From positions 646 through 64,645 of the forward strand of contig CAVUDH010000015.1 in NCBI GenBank assembly GCA_963740185.1: a DNA stretch of 64,000 bases. The letters are read 5' to 3'. The notes under the pieces were generated by a model. The model was not told where the DNA came from and did not search any database. It saw only the letters and a list, made by a program, of their open reading frames with translations. The stretch comes from an uncultured Verrucomicrobiae bacterium. Lineage in GTDB: Bacteria > Verrucomicrobiota > Verrucomicrobiia > Chthoniobacterales > JAATET01. Every line of letters begins with the position of its first letter. Position 1 is the first letter of the stretch. Positions 29,022 to 36,899 of the stretch are shown one piece after another. Both the position numbers and the translations under genes were made by a program.

Positions 29022-30008
29022 CTACCGCGAGCTGAACATCCCGCTGCCCGAATTCGCGAAGCCCCACCGGATGATCCGGTCGGCGTCGTCGAAGATGTAG
29101 GACGTCTTGCTGCCGAGCTGCACCAGGATCAGGCTGCGTCCCCCGACGCTCGCGCTCGTCACCAACGTCCGCCCCGCCGCCACCGTGTAGCCGGTCTTCA
29201 TGCCGTCATACATCGGCGAATGAGCCAGCAACTTATTCGTCGCTTCGAGCGTCTTGGTGCGCCCGTCTGAATAACGAAACGTGTAGCGCTGCAGCCGCAT
29301 CATCGAGCGCAGATCGGGGTCCCGGTAGGCCGCGAAGGCGATCCGAGACATGTCCCGGGCCGTGGAGTATTGCGCCCCCGGGAGACCGTGCGGATTGGCG
29401 AAGTAGCTTGACGTCGCGCCGAGCGACGCTGCCCGGCGGTTCATCTCCTGAACGAACTGCGCCTGACTCCCCGCGTAATCTCGCGCCAGCAGCTCGGCCA
29501 CGTCGTTGCAGCTCTTCACCATGAGAGTGGTGAGCAACTCGCGGCGGGTGTAGGTCTCGCCGGCCTTCACGTAGAGCTTCGTCGGCTCGGCGCGGGTGTC
29601 GGAGGCCTGCACCGTGACCCGTCCGTCGAGATTGCCCCGCTCGGTCACCATCAGGCCGGTGAGAAGCTTCTGCGTGCTGGCGACCTGGCGGCGTTGGTCG
29701 GCGTTTTTCTCCCAGATGGTTCGGCCCGTCGTCGCGTCGATAAGAATGGCTGAATCCGCGTAAATCTGCGGCGCGTCGACTCGAGCGACGCGTTCGCTGG
29801 CGACCACCGAAGCCGCCGGAGGAGCCGGAGCCGCGAGGGAGGGCGTCTGACCGAGATAATCCGTGCGCGCCGGTCGGCGCTCCGTCTCGATCGCACTGCA
29901 TCCCGTGACGGCCAGCAGCACGCCAACCGTCAACCAGCGCCCGAGCGCTCCGTCAATTTTTCCCGTCAACACGGCGGGAATCTCGTTCAGCCAGTGCGAC
30001 GTCGCCAA
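29022..30008 (-). CDS. D-alanyl-D-alanine carboxypeptidase (peptidase S11, PBP5/6-like), probable lipoprotein
   Basis: SxxK VASTQKLLTG, SxN KSCNDVA, KTG MKTGYT. Lipobox-like LLAVTGC. Confidence 0.85.
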   Translation of the reverse strand: MATSHWLNEIPAVLTGKIDGALGRWLTVGVLLAVTGCSAIETERRPARTDYLGQTPSLAAPAPPAASVVASERVARVDAPQIYADSAILIDATTGRTIWEKNADQRRQVASTQKLLTGLMVTERGNLDGRVTVQASDTRAEPTKLYVKAGETYTRRELLTTLMVKSCNDVAELLARDYAGSQAQFVQEMNRRAASLGATSSYFANPHGLPGAQYSTARDMSRIAFAAYRDPDLRSMMRLQRYTFRYSDGRTKTLEATNKLLAHSPMYDGMKTGYTVAAGRTLVTSASVGGRSLILVQLGSKTSYIFDDADRIIRWGFANSGSGMFSSR

Positions 30009-30064
30009 GCAAAAACGGGACTCGCACCGCCCGCAGGTTTCGGTTTGCCTCAGCGTCCATCCCC

Positions 30065-30751
30065 ATGCCCCGCGCCCGCCTTCTCCTCATCTTTCTGCTG
30101 GTGATCCTGTCGAGTGGATTGATCGTCACCGCGTTCCGGTCGGACGACTGGGTCCGCGACCGCATCGTCACCTCGCAGGGCAAGGGTTGGAAAAAATCCG
30201 GCGAAGCCCGCTTCGTCGGAGCGGTCAGCCAATACGGTGACTGGCCGCAGCTCATGATCCTCGGAACGCTGGGCGCCCTACTCGCGTGGCGGCTTCGTCG
30301 GCCCGAATGGACGCGCATTCTGGTGGCCGCCATGGTCGCTTCAACGCTCGCCGGGATCCTGGCCAACACGTCGCGCCTCACCACCGGTCGGGTTCGCCCC
30401 CGCGACGAAAAGAAACAGGGCGAAGGATTTTTTGGCCCCTTCCGCGAGGGAAAGCTGTTGGTGGGGAATTCCAAATACAACGCCTTTCCGTCCGGGCACA
30501 CCGCCACGGCGGTCGGTTTCGCGGGCGTATTCCTTTTCGCCCGACCGCTCATCGGCATTGTCCCGATGATCCTCGCCCTCTTGATCGGTTGGTCCCGCAT
30601 GGCGCTCGGCGCGCATCACCTGTCGGACGTCGTCGTCTCGACGATCCTCTCGCTGGGCGTCGCGTGGTTCGTTTGGAAATATTCCCGCAGCCACGGCGAC
30701 CGGATCGCCCGCCAACTGATCGCCCGATTCCGCCGAAAACGTCGTGAATAA
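30065..30751 (+). CDS. PAP2-family phosphatase
   Basis: TGRVRPRDE, FPSGHTATAVGF, SRMALGAHHLSDVV. Six TM segments. Confidence 0.85.
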   Translation: MPRARLLLIFLLVILSSGLIVTAFRSDDWVRDRIVTSQGKGWKKSGEARFVGAVSQYGDWPQLMILGTLGALLAWRLRRPEWTRILVAAMVASTLAGILANTSRLTTGRVRPRDEKKQGEGFFGPFREGKLLVGNSKYNAFPSGHTATAVGFAGVFLFARPLIGIVPMILALLIGWSRMALGAHHLSDVVVSTILSLGVAWFVWKYSRSHGDRIARQLIARFRRKRRE

Positions 30752-32236
30752 CCGACCGGTCGCCGCCCGCCGACTCGCCGATTTCGTCGAAAGGATTCCG
30801 TCGAGCCCCGGAGCCTACCTCGCGCTCCTCGGGCTCCTCGCGGTCATCTTCGCGCTCGGCAATTTTCCCTGGCACCTCGACGAATACGACCAGGCCAAGC
30901 AGGCCTACGTCGCCTTCGAGATCGAGAAAACCGGCGAACTCCTCTACCAGACCACGCCGCAGGGACGCTCCGCCTCCAAGCCCCCGCTGATGGGCTGGAT
31001 CTCCGCCGCCGCCCACGCCGTCGGCTTGCCGTGGGCCCTCGCCCACCGGCTCCCGTCCCTCGCCTGCGCCATCGCGCTACTGGTCATCTCCATCGGGACC
31101 GGCCGGGCGCTCCTGGTCCGCCCGGCGCGTTCCTCGCTGCGGCGGCCTTCGGTCTCAATCTCCTGACCCCCCGGCTCGCGACCCTCGTCCGCACCGACAT
31201 GATGCTGGCCACCTTCATCTTCCTCATCGGCTGGATGATTTACCGCAAGGTCAACGCCGGGACCGCCTGGACGACCCGCGAGCGTTGGGTGGTCTTCGCC
31301 GCCATGCTCGCCGCCCTCCTCACCAAGGGCCCGGTCCTCTACGTCTTCCTGCTTCCCGGGATGATCGCGTTTGCGTTCCTCGCCCGACCGTCCGACCGCC
31401 GCCGCCTCGTCTGGAGCGGTTGGTGGACGTGGGCCGTCCCACTCGCGCTCTTCCTCGCGTGGGGCGTCGGCGGATTGCTGACCAACGACGCCTTCTACGA
31501 CGACGTCGTCGTGCGGGAACTTTTCTCGCGGTTCGAAGAAGGTGCGCGTGACGACGAACGCCCGCAGCCCATCTGGTTTTACCTCCCGCACGTGCTCCAC
31601 AAATTTCTCCCGTGGAGCGCCGCGCTTCTCGTGCTCCCGTTCCTGTTCCCGGCGATCCGGCGCCGCGTGCGGGAAAATCCCGGCACCCTCTGGCTCGTTC
31701 TCTGGGCAGTCGGCGGGCTGATCGTGATGACCCTCATCCCCGCCAAACGCGTGGATCGCATCTACCCAACCATCCCGCCCCTGGCGCTGCTCCTGGTGGA
31801 ATTCGCCGCCGCCATTTGGAGCGATCGGCGGGCGAGGATCGGGGCCGGAGTTCTGAGCGCGTTCGGGTTTCTCTTTTCGGGCGGCTATTTCCTCGGACTC
31901 ATCCCGTGGGGTTACGCCGTCGGGACGCCGGGACTGGTCGACTTCGCCGCCGACGTCCGCCGGACGGCCACCGAACGAGGAATCGACGAGATCACGATCC
32001 TCCGCGCTCGCGACGAAAGCCTCCTCCTGTATCTGGACACCCTCCGGTTCACCGAGAAGGGCGAGGCCTTCGAAGCGTGGCGGGCCGGGACGCCCGGGGC
32101 CTACCTGATGTCCGATCGGACGCGGCGGAACAACTTCATCAAGGAATTCGGCGAGATTCCGCCCACGCTGGAATCCGACGAACTGTTCCGCAAAAACGAA
32201 CGCCGCTACTACCTCTTCGTCCAAGAGGCCGAGTGA
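30744..32236 (+). pseudogene. ArnT/PMT-like (GT39/GT83-type) membrane glycosyltransferase; 1 frame change near 31115
   Basis: The first loop has HLDEYDQAKQAYVAFEI and GRSASKPPLMGWI. Many TM helices follow, with TKGPVLYVFLLPG. The start overlaps the PAP2 gene by 8 nt. Confidence 0.7.
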
Positions 32237-32279
32237 CCCGTCGTCCGGGGATGATGGATTCCGAGCGGGTTCCCGGTTC

Positions 32280-34514
32280 TTAAAACTCCACCTTCAACCC
32301 CGCGTACCAGTTTCGAGGGGCCGCCGGATCGATTCCGTCCGACCGGATTCGCGAGTAGTAATCCCGGTCGAACAGGTTGTTCACCCCACCGATCACGCTC
32401 ACCGTTTCCCGGTAGACCTTCGCTTCCACCGTCAAATCCCACACGTCGTAAGCCGGCACGAACCGCTGGGCCGTGTTCGAATCATCCGCGAAGCTCGCTC
32501 CCACGAAGTTGCTCATCAGCGCCACTTTGATCCGGTCCCGCCAATCGTAGACCAGCCCAAACCGCAGAATGTAATCCGGCGAATATTGCGGCGTCTTCCC
32601 GTCGTTTGGCCCGCTCACGAACTCGGCCCGCATCAACGTCAGCGCCCCGTAGGCACTCAACGACCCGTATCGATCCACCCAGTTCGAGGTAACCGGCAGG
32701 GGGTCGAACGTCTTCTTGCCATCCTTCGCTCCCGTGACCGGGGGCAGCTCGCCTGGCTGATTGAACAGTTCGTCGGCGAGACCGACGAAGTCCAGCTCCG
32801 CCGCAACGTCCCACCCGTAGGTCACCGACCGCCCGGCGTTCTCGATGATCGTGAGATTTCCGTTTTCAGCCGTGCGACTTCCGATCTGGTCGGAGCTGTC
32901 GATCACGAAGAAGCTCGTGTCCCAGTTCACCCACGGCCTCGGAGCACCGCGGAATCCGACTTCGTAATTCCACACAAAGTTCTCCTCCAGATCGCCCGCC
33001 ACCACGGTGTTCGGGCTCGTCGTGATCGCCTGCGTGAAGATCGGCGGCCGGTAGGCCTGGGAAACGTTCGCGTAGGCCGCGATCTCCGGCGTGAACGCAT
33101 ACTCCAAGCCCAGCCCGAATAGCGGCACGAAATTATGTTCGGTCTCGTCCGTCAGACTCTGCCCGGCGTCGGATTTGGCGACGTTGACCGACTCGTCCAG
33201 CGACTGCCAGATGTTCTCGAGGCGCACGCCGGGCGTGATCGAAAACTTTCCGATCTGGAACTTATTCTCCGCGAAAACGGACGTATACCAGGTCGTCCGG
33301 TCATTCTGATTCAGCGTCCGCCCGTGGTTCGCCGTCGGGCTGCTGCCCCGCTCATCCCGCCGGGGCGAGTAGGTATTGTAGAGCAGCACCCCACCTGCGA
33401 ACGTGTGCGTTTCCCCGAGCCAATCCCAGTCGTGCCGGACCCGCGGCTCGACCCCGAACGTGTAAAATTGCTGTGTCTGGATCGAATTCGTTCCCGCATC
33501 CGGCCCCGTCGGCAGCGTGCCGAAACCGCCACCGCGCTGCCGCCGACTGAAGCGCCGGTAATAATCCCACCACCCGCGCACCGTCACCAACGTCCGGTCG
33601 GTCACGTCCCACTCCGTGATCAACGTGACCGCGTATCGACTGATCCGCACCCGGTCGTCAAAGCGAGACGTCGCGTTGCGATTCTTGGTGTAATTCACCG
33701 CATCGGGTCCATCGCTCAGCGTCAGCCCACCCGGCTCCCCGTGCACCTCGTCGTAGGCGGTCAGGTTCAGGTAGGTGCGAAACGGTCCCGTCGCGTCCAG
33801 CGAGAAGGTTCCTCCCCACGCGTTGAGGAAAAAGTCGCTGTTCGCCTCGCGAAATCCATCCGTCTGCCGGTGGTTGTACCACCCGTAATAGCCGAACCGA
33901 CCGACGGTCCCTCCGACCGCAGAGAAGTTCGAGTAGTAGTCGAAGCTGCCAATGATGTTCGTCGACTCCGCGGTGAACGGAGTGTCGGTCGGCGGCTTTT
34001 TCATAACGAAATTAATCGCCCCCGCCGGCTGCGGGCCATACATCAACGCCGCCCCGCCCCGCACGAACTCGATCCGCTCCACCGCGTCCAGCGGCGGCGT
34101 GTAGTACGACTCCGGATACCCGAACATGTCCGCGTGGATCGGAATCCCATCCTCCAACACCTGGAAAAACTGCGTTCGGTGCGGCGCGTAGCCCCGGTAG
34201 CCAATGCTCAGCAGCGGCGTCGTCTCCTCCGACAAAATCAACCCCGGCGTCTTGGCGATCACCTGCCGATAATTGTCATTCGCGATCTCGGGCAGATCCG
34301 TCAGCACGATGTTGGACGTCTTTTTTCCCGCGTTGATCCGCGTCCCCTCAACGTCCGGCAAAAACGGCCCTTCGATCCGCGTGTCGTAGTCAGCCGACAC
34401 TTCCACCGTTTCCAGACGCTCCACTTCCTGCGCCCAGACCGACACTCCCGCGAGAAACAAAATCCCGACGCCACCTCGTCCCAACCTGCTCTGCCAGCTT
34501 CGCTTCAATTTCAT
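32280..34514 (-). CDS. TonB-dependent outer-membrane receptor (siderophore-receptor-like), intact
   Basis: Signal peptide. Plug: ETVEVSAD..TRINAGKKTSNIVL..NYRQVIAKTPGL..IGYRGY..DGIPI..ERIEFVRGGAALMYGPQPAGAINFV. C-terminal NWYAGLKVEF. Confidence 0.9.
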   Translation of the reverse strand: MKLKRSWQSRLGRGGVGILFLAGVSVWAQEVERLETVEVSADYDTRIEGPFLPDVEGTRINAGKKTSNIVLTDLPEIANDNYRQVIAKTPGLILSEETTPLLSIGYRGYAPHRTQFFQVLEDGIPIHADMFGYPESYYTPPLDAVERIEFVRGGAALMYGPQPAGAINFVMKKPPTDTPFTAESTNIIGSFDYYSNFSAVGGTVGRFGYYGWYNHRQTDGFREANSDFFLNAWGGTFSLDATGPFRTYLNLTAYDEVHGEPGGLTLSDGPDAVNYTKNRNATSRFDDRVRISRYAVTLITEWDVTDRTLVTVRGWWDYYRRFSRRQRGGGFGTLPTGPDAGTNSIQTQQFYTFGVEPRVRHDWDWLGETHTFAGGVLLYNTYSPRRDERGSSPTANHGRTLNQNDRTTWYTSVFAENKFQIGKFSITPGVRLENIWQSLDESVNVAKSDAGQSLTDETEHNFVPLFGLGLEYAFTPEIAAYANVSQAYRPPIFTQAITTSPNTVVAGDLEENFVWNYEVGFRGAPRPWVNWDTSFFVIDSSDQIGSRTAENGNLTIIENAGRSVTYGWDVAAELDFVGLADELFNQPGELPPVTGAKDGKKTFDPLPVTSNWVDRYGSLSAYGALTLMRAEFVSGPNDGKTPQYSPDYILRFGLVYDWRDRIKVALMSNFVGASFADDSNTAQRFVPAYDVWDLTVEAKVYRETVSVIGGVNNLFDRDYYSRIRSDGIDPAAPRNWYAGLKVEF

Positions 34515-34528
34515 AACGGCGCGCAGTG

Positions 34529-34575
34529 AATGAGATTCAGTCTCATTAACGCAAGATGAAAATGAGACTCAGTCT
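34529..34575. promoter_or_regulatory. Two copies of AATGAGAyTCAGTCT (Fur-box-like operator) in the 70-bp divergent region between the receptor and exbB
   Basis: Copy 1 at 34529..34547 is AATGAGAttcagTCTCATT (7-5-7 inverted repeat). Copy 2 at 34561..34575 is AATGAGACTCAGTCT. By hand alignment, copy 1 matches 12 of 16 positions of the E. coli Fur consensus. Confidence 0.45.
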
Positions 34576-34584
34576 TAAAAAAGG

Positions 34585-35310
34585 TTGAATTTCTGCCGCT
34601 GGGGCCGGACAAACGCCGCCGTGGACACCGAATTCTCCCTTTTCACCTACTTTCTGGCTGGAGGACCTCTCATGTGGATCCTGCTTGGCATGTCGGTCGT
34701 TTCGCTCGCGGTCATCCTCGAGCGCTCCATCGTCTACCTCCGGTACGGATTGAATCCCGACGCGTGGCTTGGCGGCACCCTCGACCTTTTACGATCCAAC
34801 CGCTTCGACGATGCGTTGCAGCGCGCCCGCTCGGCGAGTCACCCCGTCGGCCGCGTCGTCGAAACCTACCTGCTCAACGTCCGGCGTCCCACCAAGACTC
34901 GGCTCGACAACATCAAGCGGGAAGCGGCCCTCGTCCTCGAGCGAGTCGAGAAGCGACTCCGGGTCCTCGCGGCGATCGCCCACCTGGCGCCGCTCGTCGG
35001 GCTCCTCGGCACCGTGATCGGGATGGTCGTCGCCTTCGCTCAGATTCAGGCACTCGAGGGCACCGCCAACCCTGCCGACCTCGCGGGCGGCATCTGGGAA
35101 GCCCTCCTCACCACCGTCTTTGGGCTGATCGTCGCCATTCCCAGCATGGCCGCATTCCACGCGTTCGAGAGTCACGCCGACAAGATCGCCAGCCGCATGG
35201 AACTCGCCATTCCCGCCCTCGACGACCTCGTTGAACCGGAGGGATCCCTCCCGACCGAACCCACGACCGACGCCGACCGCCCCATCGACGACTGGTCGAC
35301 CATCGGCTGA
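34585..35310 (+). CDS. exbB: MotA/TolQ/ExbB-family proton channel
   Basis: GGPLMWILLGMSVVSLAVILER, LAAIAHLAPLVGLLGTVIGMV, GIWEALLTTVFGLIVAIPSMAAF. The start is either TTG 34585 or GTG 34621. Confidence 0.85.
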   Translation: MNFCRWGRTNAAVDTEFSLFTYFLAGGPLMWILLGMSVVSLAVILERSIVYLRYGLNPDAWLGGTLDLLRSNRFDDALQRARSASHPVGRVVETYLLNVRRPTKTRLDNIKREAALVLERVEKRLRVLAAIAHLAPLVGLLGTVIGMVVAFAQIQALEGTANPADLAGGIWEALLTTVFGLIVAIPSMAAFHAFESHADKIASRMELAIPALDDLVEPEGSLPTEPTTDADRPIDDWSTIG

Positions 35311-35359
35311 GCCGGTCCCTCCGCCCGTCTCAATTTCCCGAGATTCCACCGTCCGCAGC

Positions 35360-35764
35360 ATGTTCCGCCGCCCGAAACGCCCGACCCACACCATCGACAT
35401 GGCCCCGCTGATCGATGTCGTCTTCCTGCTGCTCATCTTTTTCATGCTCACCTCGGCGTTCCGCGAGCCGTCCCTGCCGCTCGAGCTCCCCTCCGCAACC
35501 GGCACGCCGGAGACACCCACCGAAGCCGTCGTCGTCAGCGTCGCCGCCGACGGTACCATCGCCATCTCCGGCGATCCCGTCACCCCCGAGGCTTTCCAGG
35601 AGACCCTTCGCGCCATCCTGGATGCGCGCGACGACCGCACCGTCAACTTCCGGGGCGACCGATCCGTCGACTACGGTATCTTCGTTGACCTGATGGACCA
35701 GGCTCGCTCCGCCGGAGCCTCCCAGTTCAATCTCGTCCACGAGTCCCGCTCCGCCGGGCCATGA
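35360..35764 (+). CDS. exbD: ExbD/TolR biopolymer transport protein
   Basis: IDMAPLIDVVFLLLIFFMLTSAF, then a periplasmic domain (VVVSVAADGTIAISGDPV..VNFRGDRSVDYGIFVDLMD). Confidence 0.85.
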   Translation: MFRRPKRPTHTIDMAPLIDVVFLLLIFFMLTSAFREPSLPLELPSATGTPETPTEAVVVSVAADGTIAISGDPVTPEAFQETLRAILDARDDRTVNFRGDRSVDYGIFVDLMDQARSAGASQFNLVHESRSAGP

Positions 35765-36486
35765 CCGCTCCCCACTCGCCACGCGGCTGGCTCCTCGCCG
35801 CCGTCCTCGCCGCTTCCCTCGTTCTTCACGGCATCCTCCTGTCCCTTCCTCCGGTCTCCGGAACCCCGCCGAAAGTCGAGCCGGAAGAAAAAACGCTCAC
35901 CGTCCCGGTTCACCTCGTCGAACCCGCTCCCGAACCCACGCCACCACCAACCCCGGAGCCGACTCCCGAGCCGACCCCGGAGCCCACGCCCCCCCCGATT
36001 TCGGAAGAGATCCTGACCACCGAACAGCCGGACGCCACCCCGGTCCCCACGCCCACTCCGACCCCGACCCCGACGCCGACGCCCACGCCCACTCCAAAAC
36101 CGACCCCCAAGCCAACCCCTCGTCCGACGCCGCAGGCGACTCCCCGCTCCGCGCCGACCGCACGACCGCAGGCCACGCCAAAGCCCGCCACTCGTCCATC
36201 GGGCACCGTCGTCGAAGCCTCCCCGGACTCCCGCCGCACCCCCGCTCCCCGCTATCCCGACACCGCTCGGCGCAACGGCTGGGAGGGAACCGTCATCGTC
36301 CGGGCAACCATCACGACCAAGGGGACCGTCCGCGCCGCCAGCGTCCAACGAAGCGCCGGCTATGGCGTCCTCGACAGTGCCGCCCTGAGTGCCGTCCGCC
36401 GCTGGCGCTTTCGTCCCCGGACAATCGGCGGGCAACCGGTCGAAAGCACCATCGAGGTGCCCGTGGAGTTCTCCCTCCGCCGATAA
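35761..36486 (+). CDS. tonB: TonB-family energy transducer
   Basis: N-terminal TM, a long Pro/Thr/Glu/Lys-rich spacer, and the C-terminal TonB domain PRYPDTARRNGWEGTVIVRATITTKGTV..SAGYGVLDSAALSAVRRWRFRP. ATGA overlap with exbD. Confidence 0.85.
   Translation: MTAPHSPRGWLLAAVLAASLVLHGILLSLPPVSGTPPKVEPEEKTLTVPVHLVEPAPEPTPPPTPEPTPEPTPEPTPPPISEEILTTEQPDATPVPTPTPTPTPTPTPTPTPKPTPKPTPRPTPQATPRSAPTARPQATPKPATRPSGTVVEASPDSRRTPAPRYPDTARRNGWEGTVIVRATITTKGTVRAASVQRSAGYGVLDSAALSAVRRWRFRPRTIGGQPVESTIEVPVEFSLRR
35920..36198 (+). repeat. Low-complexity codon repeat encoding (EPTP)n / (TP)9 / (KPTP)n in tonB
   Basis: EPAPEPTPPPTPEPTPEPTPEPTPPP ... PVPTPTPTPTPTPTPTPTPKPTPKPTPRPTP. Confidence 0.8.
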
Positions 36487-36539
36487 AGGCAAAAAGATTC
36501 ACCCCAGCCGGATCGACGCCGACCGACCGTGGGCGTCGA

Positions 36540-36865
36540 GACCCAAGCGCGACCGACATCCCGAGTGCCATGCCGAGGTAACGCATCGAGAGCCCGAACG
36601 TGACCGCGCCGATCCCCCACAGCACGCCGAAGAGCAGCGTCCAACCCAGGGCTGCGGGTGGAGAACCGGCAATCACACCGAGCAGGTCGGGCGTGGTGGC
36701 TGCCGCGAAGATCCAAGGCGTCGCCAGCCACGCGAACGCGCCCATCGCGAGGTAAAAGCACTCCCACGGCCAGCGGCGAATGAATTTGAGCGGCGCGTAG
36801 AAGCTCGCGGCAGCCGCCCCGCCGAGTGCGTGGAAAAGAAGACCGAGGAGGGGTTGCGGGGTCAT
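36540..36865 (-). pseudogene. rhaT: 5' remnant (about 108 codons) of an L-rhamnose/H+ symporter RhaT-like gene
   Basis: MTPQPLLGLLFHALGGAAAASFYAPLKFIRRWPWECFYLAMGAFAWLATPWIF..LFGVLWGIGAVTFGLSMRYLGMALGMSVALG matches the first third of RhaT (compare E. coli [39 protein letters not shown]). Similarity is lost before the tonB stop (36486). Confidence 0.6.
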
Positions 36866-36899
36866 TCGCTGTCCGAGCGGTGGGTGGGTGGGGTTATGG

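Noticed and set aside
33135-34529. 464-aa plus-strand ORF
   Set aside because: It is antisense to the TonB-dependent receptor (32280..34514), which has clear plug, barrel and C-terminal Phe signatures. Its composition is dominated by R, P and V.
35920-36198. Possible CRISPR-like or minisatellite array
   Set aside because: The periodicity is 6-12 nt and the region lies in frame within tonB, encoding a Pro/Thr spacer. There are no spacers and no cas genes. No CRISPR array was seen anywhere in the window.
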